A DNA stretch of 64,000 nucleotides from an uncultured Alphaproteobacteria bacterium (lineage in GTDB: Bacteria > Pseudomonadota > Alphaproteobacteria > RF32 > CAG-239): contig CASFSV010000007.1 of assembly GCA_949297415.1 (NCBI GenBank), positions 4,932-68,931 on the forward strand, given 5' to 3'. The notes below the pieces were generated by a model. The model was not told where the DNA came from and made no database searches. It saw only the letters and a program-made list of their open reading frames with translations. Each line of letters begins with the position of its first letter. Position 1 is the stretch's first letter. Both the position numbers and the translations under genes were made by a program. Below, one piece after another: positions 1-9,086 of the stretch.

Positions 1-371
1 AAAATACGCTTGTTGATATCTTCTATACCGTTATGAAAATCCAATATTTCATTTTTTTCTTCATCAAAATAAAGCGCATTACAAGTAAAATCACGGCGAA
101 GCGAATCTTCTTCTAAAGTTATGTCTGGGGTAAATTCAAATTTAAAATCTTGATGTTTTTTCCCGATTTTTATTTCTTTTCGTGCTAAGGCATATTCTTC
201 TCCGGTTTTGGAGTGCAAAAAAACAGGAAAGCTCTTACCGACTTTCTTAAACCCTAATGCTTGCATTTCTGCTTCCGTACCTCCTAAAACGACATAATCT
301 TTGTCTTGACTGGGACGCTTTAGAATTCTATCACGGACAGCCCCTCCTACCTGATAAAAACGCATTCTCAT
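1..371 (-). CDS. cca: CCA-adding tRNA nucleotidyltransferase, N-terminal part (rest of gene lies outside the window)
   Basis: Absent from the ORF track because it runs off the window edge. Reverse translation from ATG at 371 gives MRMRFYQVGGAVRDRILKRPSQDKDYVVLGGTEAEMQALGFKKVGKSFPVFLH... This carries the GGAVRD head motif of class II nucleotidyltransferases and resembles E. coli Cca. Confidence 0.8.
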   Translation of the reverse strand, partial: MRMRFYQVGGAVRDRILKRPSQDKDYVVLGGTEAEMQALGFKKVGKSFPVFLHSKTGEEYALARKEIKIGKKHQDFKFEFTPDITLEEDSLRRDFTCNALYFDEEKNEILDFHNGIEDINKRI

Positions 372-465
372 TCCTTTCTTCTCTACCAAATGTAATAAAA
401 GAAACTCCTTTTTGCAAGGTGTTTATCTGAAAGATAAAAAAAATTTCAAAAAACAAAAAAAATTG

Positions 466-493
466 TTGCAAAAAAAAAACTTTTAGTTATAGT
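466..493 (+). promoter_or_regulatory. candidate sigma-70 promoter for tRNA-Lys
   Basis: TTGCAA (466-471), 16-nt spacer, TATAGT (488-493), about 19 nt upstream of the tRNA 5' end. Confidence 0.35.
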
Positions 494-512
494 CATTGAA
501 GATTTTGGTTAT

Positions 513-589
513 GGATGCGTAGCTCAGTTGGCTAGAGCAACTGACTCTTAATCAGTGGGTCCAGGGTTCGAATCCCTGCGCGTCTACCA
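513..589 (+). tRNA. tRNA-Lys (anticodon CTT), CCA encoded
   Basis: Hand-folded cloverleaf. Acceptor GGATGCG/CGCGTCT, D arm GCTC-AGTTGGCTA-GAGC, anticodon stem ACTGA/TCAGT with loop CTCTTAA, T arm CAGGG-TTCGAAT-CCCTG, then ACCA. Close to E. coli tRNA-Lys. Confidence 0.9.
549..589 (+). repeat. direct repeat copy 1 (3' half of tRNA-Lys), att-like
   Basis: taatcagtgggtccagggttcgaatccctgcgcgtctacca is identical over 41 nt to 4222-4262. Confidence 0.9.
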
Positions 590-597
590 GTATAAAT

Positions 598-624
598 AGC
601 CTCGGTTTATCCGAGGTTTTTTTT
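598..624 (+). terminator. rho-independent terminator after tRNA-Lys
   Basis: CCTCGG-tttat-CCGAGG hairpin followed by T8. Confidence 0.7.
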
Positions 625-930
625 GTTATAGTGGCTGGTTTTCTTTGTCTTGCTTCGTATGGCTTGCGCTTTTTACGTATGCTCACTAATATAAAAGGGG
701 TACTCAGATCCTATTAGCCGCATCCAAGCGTGCTAATAGATACTGACTGGGCGATTTCGATTTCGTTCCCAGTAGCCGAATACACTTTTTACATAGGAAG
801 AATTTGCTACCTTGTCAACTGATTTAATTGCTCTACCAATATACTCAAAGGATTAGATATCTTATCTAGTCTGTATTTTTTTATTTTGGATACTAATGAA
901 ACTCTTTTAAAATATTTCTATTCAATAACA

Positions 931-1644
931 TTACAATGGAACGTCATCTTCTACATCGTGTTCCTTGTTTTGCTTTTTTGAAACCTTTTCCCATTCTTCA
1001 TCATAATTTCCGAGATTTTCGTTCAAATATTCATTATCTGAGTATTCAATATCCGAATCTTGATACTCGTTTGGATATCCATTCTTTTCTCTCGTTAATT
1101 CAGCATTTTCTTTATGTTTTTTATTTGTATGCTTCCACATCCTTGTTAAGAGGCTTTTTATCTTCCAATAGTACGATTTGAGTGCAATGATTATTTTTTT
1201 CTGCCAAGGTATATTTTCATACATCTTATTGACTATTTGCCCATAAATATACTGTTGTAACCTATCAAAAGGTAAATTATCTTTTCCATATAGGCTAATA
1301 AAGTATTTAGATATTTGACCGACTTCATCATTGTTTGCCAAAGGCAGACATTTTCTAATTTTTTCTTTCAACTGATGTTCGACTAAATCTTCGTCCGTAA
1401 TTGATAATTCATCTTCTTCATTGGCATAGACAACATCTTCCAATATGATATCATCCTCATATCCATCAGATTCATAATCATCATACTCCAAATCTTCTTC
1501 CTCATATTTTTCCGGATCATCAAATAATACCATTCTTTCATATTCTGAAGTATTTTTTTCGGACAATCTATCTTCTTCATCCAATAATGGATGGGTTTCT
1601 TTTTGATAAACTTCACTGATTTCTTCTTTGGAATATTTTGACAT
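931..1644 (-). CDS. hypothetical hyperacidic protein (long D/E/Y-rich N- and C-terminal segments)
   Basis: 237-aa ORF, last gene of a tightly packed minus-strand trio with the two nuclease genes. No family recognised. Confidence 0.6.
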   Translation of the reverse strand: MSKYSKEEISEVYQKETHPLLDEEDRLSEKNTSEYERMVLFDDPEKYEEEDLEYDDYESDGYEDDIILEDVVYANEEDELSITDEDLVEHQLKEKIRKCLPLANNDEVGQISKYFISLYGKDNLPFDRLQQYIYGQIVNKMYENIPWQKKIIIALKSYYWKIKSLLTRMWKHTNKKHKENAELTREKNGYPNEYQDSDIEYSDNEYLNENLGNYDEEWEKVSKKQNKEHDVEDDVPL

Positions 1645-1660
1645 ACTGTTTTCCTAATTT

Positions 1661-2137
1661 TTAATCTGATGCAAAGCACTTTCCTTTGTTTGTCATGTAC
1701 GTTGTCACGCTTTTATCACCAATATATAGAGTTCCTAGCAATCTTCCCCATACATCATAATGTGGAAGTATTTGTCCTTTGAAATAAATTTCATGTTTAT
1801 GTTTGGCTAATAAATCCGATAATATCTGTTTTGATTCTTTTCCTCTAGACACTACCTCTTCTACCGTTATATTTTGTTGCTTGGCTTGTTGACGAGCCTT
1901 GGCTGTTCTTTTTATTTCATTACATTCGATGTCCGTAAATCTGATTGTTTGTACCGTATCCAGATTGCCTTGCCATTCTTCTAAAAACACAATAACCGTA
2001 TCTCCATCTATAACTCTATAGTCATAGACTTTCTGCATACGAGTATTATACAAAAAAACAGATATCGTGCATAAAAACAAAACGCTCCATATAACTGCTT
2101 CAGAATGTTTTGCCAGAAACTCTTTATATTTATTCAT
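1661..2137 (-). CDS. thermonuclease (SNase-like) family protein with N-terminal TM anchor
   Basis: VIDGDTVIV ... IRFTDIECNE matches the staphylococcal nuclease fold signature (DGDT ... RL.giDaPE). Hydrophobic N-terminus AVIWSVLFLCTISVFLY. Confidence 0.7.
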   Translation of the reverse strand: MNKYKEFLAKHSEAVIWSVLFLCTISVFLYNTRMQKVYDYRVIDGDTVIVFLEEWQGNLDTVQTIRFTDIECNEIKRTAKARQQAKQQNITVEEVVSRGKESKQILSDLLAKHKHEIYFKGQILPHYDVWGRLLGTLYIGDKSVTTYMTNKGKCFASD

Positions 2138-2143
2138 GTTTTT

Positions 2144-2623
2144 CTATTTATCCGCGCAAGTAAATGGTCTGCATTGAGCCTCTTTCAATAGAAACTCATT
2201 AGCATTGATATCTTTTGCATATATGACACCAACTAATCTATCGCCATTGCCTGTTTTACAAACTTTTTCGGGCGTTTCTACAAAGTACACATCTTCTTCG
2301 TATAATTTTAGCAAACTTGATAATTTTTCTTTTGCTCGCTTACCTTGTTTAATAATTTCATCTTGTGATAAATTCCATTCTTGAGCTTGTTTTGATAATT
2401 TACGTGATTTTTTGCTAGATTCAGGGCAATCAATATCTGCTAGTCTTATTGTTGCATATGTCTTTCCATCAATAACGCCCTTAACTGTATCTCCATCTAA
2501 TACTTCGGTGACTACTAATCTCACTTTAGATTTATCCGTATTATTACTTACTTCGGCAAAAACATTGGTAAACGCTGCGCTTGCAAATAGAATACTCATT
2601 AACGGTAATACGATTTTTTTCAT
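2144..2623 (-). CDS. secreted thermonuclease (SNase-like) family protein
   Basis: VLDGDTVKG ... IRLADIDCPE. Start moved to ATG 2623 (MKKIVLPLMSILFASAAFTNVFA signal peptide), preceded by GGGGAG. The track ORF extends to 2695. Confidence 0.7.
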   Translation of the reverse strand: MKKIVLPLMSILFASAAFTNVFAEVSNNTDKSKVRLVVTEVLDGDTVKGVIDGKTYATIRLADIDCPESSKKSRKLSKQAQEWNLSQDEIIKQGKRAKEKLSSLLKLYEEDVYFVETPEKVCKTGNGDRLVGVIYAKDINANEFLLKEAQCRPFTCADK

Positions 2624-2815
2624 AATAAATCTCCCCATTATTTTATTAAAAAGAAAACCACCTTCAAAAAGGCGGTCGGAGAGTTCGTAAATCATATATG
2701 GTTAGATGACTCTTTTAGCCTTTCAGACTATTTTTTCAAGGATCAAGATAGTCTTTGGACATACGCTAAAAGCCTGTATATTGCAAAAAGACAGTAAAAA
2801 GCATATAAACTGTTA

Positions 2816-2912
2816 GACACGCAAGGTGTTGCAACACCTTGCGTGTCGGAACGGCGAGCTAAATTAAAAGCATGATTCCACGAGATCGACGGGGAGTAAA
2901 AGCCACCGTTCC
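2816..2912 (+). ncRNA. structured 5' non-coding region of the IS110 element (candidate bridge/guide RNA region)
   Basis: Perfect 32-nt palindrome GACACGCAAGGTGTTGCAACACCTTGCGTGTC (2816-2847). It is immediately followed by a GGAACGG (2848-2854) ... CCGTTCC (2906-2912) long-range stem. Confidence 0.3.
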
Positions 2913-2980
2913 AAGATTGATATATCGGACATTTACATGAACCCTTTTAAGGAGTTCGCATACAAGAGAGATAAACAATC

Positions 2981-3907
2981 ATGAATGATTATACTACAAT
3001 AGGAATAGATGTTTCAAAACATTTTTTAGATATTTGCATATTACCGACAGGTGAAACATTGCATATTGCTAATAATAAATATGGATACAAGAAAATAGTT
3101 ACTATTTTTTCTAAGTATGAAAACATTTTTAGGATAGTAATGGAACATACAGGCGGATATCAAAAAAATATAGCAGAATATTTAATACAAAAAGGTTTTC
3201 CTGTATCTGTTGTAAATCCTATACGGATAAGATACTTCGCAAAAGCAAATGGAAAAAGAGCTAAAACAGATATTATTGATGCTCTAATATTAGCTCAATA
3301 TGGCTCAATACACAAACCGGAATTAACGAAAAGTACAGACTATAATTTGGAGGAATTACGCCAAATGGTACATAGACGTGCAAATCTGGTGGAAATGTTA
3401 ACCGCTGAAAGAAATAGTTTGGAAAAGAATCCTGGAGTAGCTGAAACTAAAAGTATAAAACATATAATTAATGTATTAGAAAAGGAGATTCAAAAAATAA
3501 CTCTATTTATAAGAGAACGCATTAAAAACAATCCTGAATTAAAAAGAAAAAGTGAAATATTGCAAACCGTATCTGGGATAGGAGCTGAATGTGCTGCTTT
3601 GTTAGTTTCTGATGTACCTGAACTTGGTAAAGTAAGCCGAAGACAGATTGCTGCTCTTATCGGATTAGCTCCAATCAATAGAGACAGTGGAATGAAAAAG
3701 GGACATGCTTTTATTCAAGGAGGGAGAAGAAATGTCAGATGCTCATTGTATATGCCTACTATCGTTGCTTCAACCCAATGTAATCCTGTATTGAAAGAAT
3801 ATTATAACAGATTGGTCGCTAAGGGTAAACCTAAGAAAGTCGCCATTATTGCTTGCATGCGTAAATTGGTAATCTTCCTCAACTCTTTACTTGCTAAAAA
3901 CTTTTAA
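2981..3907 (+). CDS. IS110 family transposase/recombinase
   Basis: N-terminus IGIDVSKHFLDICIL (DEDD/RuvC-like) and C-terminal Transposase_20-like SGIGAECAALLVSDVPELG...RQIAALIGLAP. Confidence 0.85.
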   Translation: MNDYTTIGIDVSKHFLDICILPTGETLHIANNKYGYKKIVTIFSKYENIFRIVMEHTGGYQKNIAEYLIQKGFPVSVVNPIRIRYFAKANGKRAKTDIIDALILAQYGSIHKPELTKSTDYNLEELRQMVHRRANLVEMLTAERNSLEKNPGVAETKSIKHIINVLEKEIQKITLFIRERIKNNPELKRKSEILQTVSGIGAECAALLVSDVPELGKVSRRQIAALIGLAPINRDSGMKKGHAFIQGGRRNVRCSLYMPTIVASTQCNPVLKEYYNRLVAKGKPKKVAIIACMRKLVIFLNSLLAKNF

Positions 3908-4221
3908 TTTTAGTCTTGACTTTTAGTACATTTACTCCCCGACCTTCATCGGGGATATACGTCATTGTCTTATTACAATAACTAACGATGTTATCCAACA
4001 CCGAACCATATTAAAGAGCTTACGACAGCTCCGCACCTTTCTCAAGGTACTTTTTTATGCTATAAAATCGTAGGTTAATTTCAAGTTAAAATTATGCAAT
4101 CAACCTTTATCTAGTGTATCAGAATTTAAATCATTAAACTTCTCTTTTATAATCTTCTTCAAAATTTTTACTATAAATAATTTGAGTTTGAACGCTTGCT
4201 TATTCATTAAAGATGATAGCA

Positions 4222-4262
4222 TAATCAGTGGGTCCAGGGTTCGAATCCCTGCGCGTCTACCA
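4222..4262 (+). repeat. direct repeat copy 2: orphan 3' half of tRNA-Lys (att-like)
   Basis: 41/41 identity to 549-589. No 5' half of a tRNA precedes it. It is followed by a related but diverged terminator. Confidence 0.9.
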
Positions 4263-4267
4263 ATATA

Positions 4268-4297
4268 AAGCCTCCTTTCGGAGGCTTTTCTTTTTTC
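4268..4297 (+). terminator. rho-independent terminator after the orphan tRNA fragment (bidirectional position)
   Basis: AAGCCTCC-tttc-GGAGGCTT followed by a T-rich run. Sits just downstream of the convergent gene ending at 4305. Confidence 0.6.
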
Positions 4298-4304
4298 TAA
4301 CTTA

Positions 4305-5030
4305 TCAGTCATATGTTCGTTGTGCTTTGAATAAAGCCACTCTTTGCGGAACATTATTTTCATTGTTTGTTTCAGGAGCTTTTCTTAGTTCACTCTTCGG
4401 CGCTTTGTCTAGTTCGTGCTTTTCTTGATTGTAGTTATTCTCTTTTGTTTCTACTTTTTTATTATCTTTAGAATAATCTCGGGTCGCATTCTGTTGTTTC
4501 AATTCCTCCAATTTTTGACGCTCCTCTTCCAGATGCTTCTTCCGCTCTTCCAGCTTTTTCATCTTTTTTTCTATCTCTCTTCTTCTTTTAGAATCTCTTT
4601 CTCGACGATGTTGTTCTTCCAACTGTCTTCTTTCTTCGGCTATTTTTCTTTTTTGTTCTTCCATCCAATTTATACGGTCTTCAAATCTTTGTTGACGCTC
4701 TAATGCTGCTTCCTGCATATAGGCTAATTCTTTTGCGTCATCCGCTAATTCTTGTTCTGCTGCTAATTTCTCTCTTTTCGCATTGAGCTTTTCGTTTTTT
4801 TCTATTTTCTCTGCTACATTTTCTAATATATCCGCTACTTTGGCAAATACTCGAACTAGCTCATCTTGACTTAAGTTGCTATATTTCATCACCTTTTCCA
4901 TAGCGTTTTTTGCCATAGGGCCATAGTTCTGCTCCAAATAAGCGAGGGCTTTTTCATTCTCACCATTTCTTAGCATCAAACTGACGTTATCACTTACAAC
5001 ACTTCCTTGTTTTAGATTTTCCGTATTCAT
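4305..5030 (-). CDS. hypothetical coiled-coil protein (E/K/R-rich)
   Basis: 241-aa ORF with a long charged heptad-like region (EERRQLEEQHRRERDSKRRREIEKKMKKLEERKKHLEEERQKLEELK). Confidence 0.6.
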   Translation of the reverse strand: MNTENLKQGSVVSDNVSLMLRNGENEKALAYLEQNYGPMAKNAMEKVMKYSNLSQDELVRVFAKVADILENVAEKIEKNEKLNAKREKLAAEQELADDAKELAYMQEAALERQQRFEDRINWMEEQKRKIAEERRQLEEQHRRERDSKRRREIEKKMKKLEERKKHLEEERQKLEELKQQNATRDYSKDNKKVETKENNYNQEKHELDKAPKSELRKAPETNNENNVPQRVALFKAQRTYD

Positions 5031-5042
5031 GGTCTCCTCCTC

Positions 5043-6158
5043 CTACCTTCCGAGATAGGCCATTTTCTTTTGCTGTTGTCCATTTTGCGCTACTCGCTGT
5101 TCTCGTTCTAGTTTCGCTTTAATGCAAGCTTTGGCAAAATCTCTGCTTAATTCCATGTCTTTGGCTATAGATATATTAACGTTTTGTCCGTAACGATTAA
5201 AGTTTACCCCATTTACTTGTTCAAAATCACACGCTACATTGTGGCGATTGTTTATTACACCAGTGTGTCCATGAATTATTCCCTGATTGTCTTGTGGTAA
5301 TCTTCTTCCCTGAAACTCATCTACTCTATTATCTATGCTAATCGGCGTTCCTGGAGGCAGTTCTCTGATAAAATCATTCATCTGTTGATTTTTCTCTTGA
5401 GCTTCGTCGCTACTTATTCGGCGGCTATATGCTTGGTTTGCCACATGAACCGTCGTAAATTCTCCACCTTTTTCCAAAACAATATGAACGTTACACCCTG
5501 AATTGCTATTACCTGCTCCTCTTTCCTTCTCCGGCCAATTTGGATTACTTCCGGACACCATTTCCCCCATTCCGGCTTTGGCAAATATCATTTGTAAGCC
5601 TTGTGTGCATTTCCCTTTCGTTTCATTTTCTATATGATTAGCGGCTCTGGCTAACTTTCTATTAATTTCACCACCGCTCATTTGCTTTAACATTTCTGGA
5701 TTTTTATCTATTACAGACTGAATGTCTGCCTTTGTTACCCCTACTTTGCTGAATAAATCCTGCACAGATATATTACCGGTCATATTATCACCCAAATTTG
5801 ACGCATATATTTCTTCCACCTTGCTGCCAATATCTTCCTTCAACCACGTGGTTTGCTGGACAGCATCTTCCCATTTGATATTGCTTTGAATATTGGATTC
5901 AGGTCTTAATGGTGATAAACTTTGTGTTTGTGCTTTGACTTCTTTTATTTTTAACTTGTTTTCTAACTTTTGATTACCGCTTTTTAAACCTTCCGTATAT
6001 TTAGAGACATCGTCCGAGCTCATGACGCTACCAGTGGCTAATCCCAGAGCGACAACACCATATTTACTATAGCGATTAAAAACATCTTTAATCGTTTGCC
6101 ATGCACGTTTTGCATCTTCTTTCATTTTATTCTTTAATTCTAAACGCGTATCAGACAT
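5043..6158 (-). CDS. hypothetical protein, weak papain-fold-like Cys...His pattern in C-terminal half
   Basis: ORF with ATG at 6158 preceded by AGAGAGG (track start 6185 is GTG). GKCTQG ... HGHTGV is reminiscent of CHAP/NlpC-P60 catalytic Cys/His, but spacing is long. Assignment weak. Confidence 0.55.
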   Translation of the reverse strand: MSDTRLELKNKMKEDAKRAWQTIKDVFNRYSKYGVVALGLATGSVMSSDDVSKYTEGLKSGNQKLENKLKIKEVKAQTQSLSPLRPESNIQSNIKWEDAVQQTTWLKEDIGSKVEEIYASNLGDNMTGNISVQDLFSKVGVTKADIQSVIDKNPEMLKQMSGGEINRKLARAANHIENETKGKCTQGLQMIFAKAGMGEMVSGSNPNWPEKERGAGNSNSGCNVHIVLEKGGEFTTVHVANQAYSRRISSDEAQEKNQQMNDFIRELPPGTPISIDNRVDEFQGRRLPQDNQGIIHGHTGVINNRHNVACDFEQVNGVNFNRYGQNVNISIAKDMELSRDFAKACIKAKLEREQRVAQNGQQQKKMAYLGR

Positions 6159-6306
6159 AACAGCCTCTCTAAAAATATTCGACACTATCGTCTAAATTCT
6201 TTATTATTTTAGCACATTTTTATGAGCTTGTAAAGTTTTTTAGACACAAAAAAGACCTCCGTTTGCACACCCAAACAGAGGCCTTTTCTGATTGGTTAGA
6301 GGGGGA

Positions 6307-8865
6307 TTATTTTACCTCTAGCCCATCTGAACCAACATCAACAGTTACTTCTGAATTGTCGTGGATTGTATCAGCTAAAAGAGCATACGCTAATTTGTTT
6401 TCCAATTCTTTCTTCAGTAACCGCTTTAACGGACGAGCACCATAGATCTCGTCATAACCGTTATCAATAATCCATTGATCAGCTTGAGGCGTTAATTTCA
6501 ATTTAATACCTCTGTCAGTCAAGCGTTTTTCTATATTAGCCATAGCAAGTGAGGCTATCGCTTTTATATTATCTTTCGTCAAACGCTTGAAGACAACAAT
6601 GTCATCAATACGGTTAATGAACTCCGGTCGGAACGCATTTTTTAATGTTTCCAAAACTTTTGCTCGCTGTTCATCTTCAGTCAAACTCTGATTTATCAGA
6701 TATTCAGCACCTAAGTTTGAGGTCATGATAATGATTGTATTTTTGAAGTCTACCGTACGACCTTTACTATCTGTCAAACGACCATCATCCAAAACCTGCA
6801 ACAAGATGTTAAATACATCCGGATGCGCTTTTTCTACCTCATCAAACAAGATAACCTGATACGGACGACGACGAACACTTTCCGTCAAAATACCACCTTC
6901 TTCATATCCGACATATCCCGGAGGTGAACCGATTAAACGGGCTACTGAATGCTTTTCCATATACTCAGACATATCGACTCTCAGCATGGCATTCTCGTCA
7001 TTGAATAAGAATTCAGCCAAACTCTTACTTAATTCGGTTTTACCAACACCTGTCGGTCCTAAAAATAGGAATGAACCAATCGGTTGATTTGGGTTGGAAA
7101 TACCGGAACGTGAACGACGTACCGCATTAGCAACAGCTTCAACTGCTTCATCTTGTCCAACGACACGTTTCTTCAGATAGTTTTCCAAATGCAATAACTT
7201 TTCACGCTCTGAAGATAACATCTTATCGGTCGGAATACCTGTCCATTTAGAAACCACTTTCGCGATATCTTCTGGTTGAACTGTTTGTTGTTCCGTCTTC
7301 TTTGTATTCTTCTCAAGTTCGCTTAACTCTGAAGTTAACTTTGGAATAATACCATACTGCAACTCACCGGCTCGTTCATACTGTCCGTTACGTTCGGCAA
7401 TTTGAGCTTCGCTTCTGGCTTTATCCAATTTATCCTTAATCTCGGTGATATGTTGCAAATTCTGTTTTTCTTGTTTCCACTTTGCATCCAATGTACGAGA
7501 TTGCTCTTCCAAATTAGCCAGTTCTTTTTCAACTTCTGCCAATCGGTTTTTAGAGTTTTCGTCGGTTTCCTTTTTCAAGGCCTCTTTTTCTATCTTCAAC
7601 TGTAATATCTTACGGTCTAGGGTATCCAATTCTTCAGGCTTTGAATCTATACTCATACGCAGCGATGAGGCGGCTTCATCCATCAAGTCTATCGCTTTAT
7701 CCGGCATATATCGGTCAGCAATATAACGATTGGCTAAGGTTGCAGCGGCAATCAATGCTGCATCGGAAATTCTTACCCCATGATGTAGTTCAAACTTCTC
7801 TTTAATACCACGCAAAATGGTTATCGTTTCCTCAACATCCGGTTCATCAACATAGACCGGTTGGAAACGACGTGCTAACGCCGCATCTTTTTCTACATAT
7901 TTTTTGTACTCACTTAATGTCGTGGCTCCGACACAGTGTAACTCACCTCTTGCCAATGCCGGTTTCAATAAGTTTGAAGCGTCCATTGATCCTTCATTTG
8001 CTCCGGCTCCGACTATCGTGTGCATTTCATCAATGAACAGTATTATAGTTCCGGCGGCTTCTTCAACCTCTTTTAAAACCGATTTAAGTCTTTCTTCAAA
8101 CTCGCCACGGTATTTTGCTCCGGCTATCAAAGCCCCCATGTCCAAGGCCAATAAACGTTTATGTCTTAGGCTTTCCGGTACATCATTATTGATGATACGC
8201 ATTGCCAAACCCTCGACAATAGCCGTTTTACCAACACCAGGTTCGCCTATCAGTACCGGATTATTTTTGGTTCTACGTGACAATACCTGAATCGTACGAC
8301 GTATTTCCGCATCTCGTCCAATTACCGGATCTAATTTTCCTTCTTTGGCTCGAGCTGTTAAATCTATTGTGAATTTTTTCAAACTCTCAAATGTATCTTC
8401 CGCTGTTTCAGAATCAGCCAGACGACCTTTTCTATATGCAGCAACCGCTTGATTTAATTTTACAGGGTTTACACCTGCCGCTTTCAATAACTCAGAAGCT
8501 TTATTTCCTGCAGACTGTGCTAAAACTTGTAACAAACGTTCTATTGTCACAAATTTATCATTATTCTTTTCGCTGAAACTTTCTGCTTCCAACAACACTC
8601 TGCTCAATTCTTGTGACATTGAGCTTTGAACATTTTCTCCCGATACCGACGGCAATTTTTCAAGTTCACTGCCGGTACTCGCTTTTAATACAGCAAGATT
8701 ACCACCACTTTCGGTGATTAAATTCTCCGTCGTCGGATCATTTAAATCCAATATTGTTCCCAACAAGTGTAATGGGGTTACGAATTGATTGCCTCTTTTT
8801 ATGGCCATATCAATCGCTCCTTTTATCACCTCTTGGCTTTTGACTGTGTATTTTTCTATATTCAT
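6307..8865 (-). CDS. clpB: ATP-dependent chaperone ClpB
   Basis: 852 aa with two AAA+ modules ([13 protein letters not shown]; [12 protein letters not shown]), a middle coiled-coil and a Clp N domain. Start at MNIEKYT (8865), preceded by AAGGAG. Confidence 0.95.
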   Translation of the reverse strand: MNIEKYTVKSQEVIKGAIDMAIKRGNQFVTPLHLLGTILDLNDPTTENLITESGGNLAVLKASTGSELEKLPSVSGENVQSSMSQELSRVLLEAESFSEKNNDKFVTIERLLQVLAQSAGNKASELLKAAGVNPVKLNQAVAAYRKGRLADSETAEDTFESLKKFTIDLTARAKEGKLDPVIGRDAEIRRTIQVLSRRTKNNPVLIGEPGVGKTAIVEGLAMRIINNDVPESLRHKRLLALDMGALIAGAKYRGEFEERLKSVLKEVEEAAGTIILFIDEMHTIVGAGANEGSMDASNLLKPALARGELHCVGATTLSEYKKYVEKDAALARRFQPVYVDEPDVEETITILRGIKEKFELHHGVRISDAALIAAATLANRYIADRYMPDKAIDLMDEAASSLRMSIDSKPEELDTLDRKILQLKIEKEALKKETDENSKNRLAEVEKELANLEEQSRTLDAKWKQEKQNLQHITEIKDKLDKARSEAQIAERNGQYERAGELQYGIIPKLTSELSELEKNTKKTEQQTVQPEDIAKVVSKWTGIPTDKMLSSEREKLLHLENYLKKRVVGQDEAVEAVANAVRRSRSGISNPNQPIGSFLFLGPTGVGKTELSKSLAEFLFNDENAMLRVDMSEYMEKHSVARLIGSPPGYVGYEEGGILTESVRRRPYQVILFDEVEKAHPDVFNILLQVLDDGRLTDSKGRTVDFKNTIIIMTSNLGAEYLINQSLTEDEQRAKVLETLKNAFRPEFINRIDDIVVFKRLTKDNIKAIASLAMANIEKRLTDRGIKLKLTPQADQWIIDNGYDEIYGARPLKRLLKKELENKLAYALLADTIHDNSEVTVDVGSDGLEVK

Positions 8866-8889
8866 CCTTTTCATCTCCTTCATCTTTTT

Positions 8890-8919
8890 ATGTAGTGCGC
8901 CTTATTACCCAAAATCAAG
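8890..8919 (-). promoter_or_regulatory. candidate sigma-32 (RpoH) type heat-shock promoter of clpB
   Basis: Minus-strand CTTGATT, about 15 nt, then CACTACAT. Resembles CTTGAAA-N13-15-CCCCATnT. Weak match. Confidence 0.3.
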
Positions 8920-9086
8920 TAGCGACATTTAAAACTCTCTTATTTTTTGATTTAAAAACGAAACTCCCGCTTTACCTTAAGGCAAAATGGGAGTTCTCTT
9001 TAGTTGTTCAGATACAATGTGCGATGAATAATTTAATTCTTCTTTTTTATCTAAAATCTCTGTTGGGGATTTCTTGCCAATGTTTT

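Larger units (their letters stand above)
2700..3960 (+). mobile_element. IS110-family insertion sequence (ends approximate)
   Basis: IS110-type DEDD transposase flanked by long non-coding DNA. An 11-nt inverted repeat CGGGGAGTAAA (2890-2900) / TTTACTCCCCG (3931-3941) flanks the CDS. True termini not determinable by eye. Confidence 0.55.
590..4221. mobile_element. tRNA-Lys-associated integrated islet (degenerate, no intact integrase seen)
   Basis: Bracketed by the intact tRNA-Lys and an exact 41-nt copy of its 3' half. Contents are accessory: nucleases, an acidic protein and IS110. Confidence 0.6.

Noticed and set aside
640-840. Remnant of a tyrosine integrase next to tRNA-Lys
   Set aside because: A minus-strand frame gives ...IRLLGTKSKSPSQYL..., vaguely like the LLGHxSxxxTxxYL C-terminus. 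It is far too short and degenerate, and interrupted by stops.
6263-8576. Many 60-130-aa ORFs antisense to or overlapping clpB, plsX, ispA, hsdR, the autotransporter and other large genes
   Set aside because: These are shadow ORFs inside well-supported long genes, with low-complexity or odd composition.
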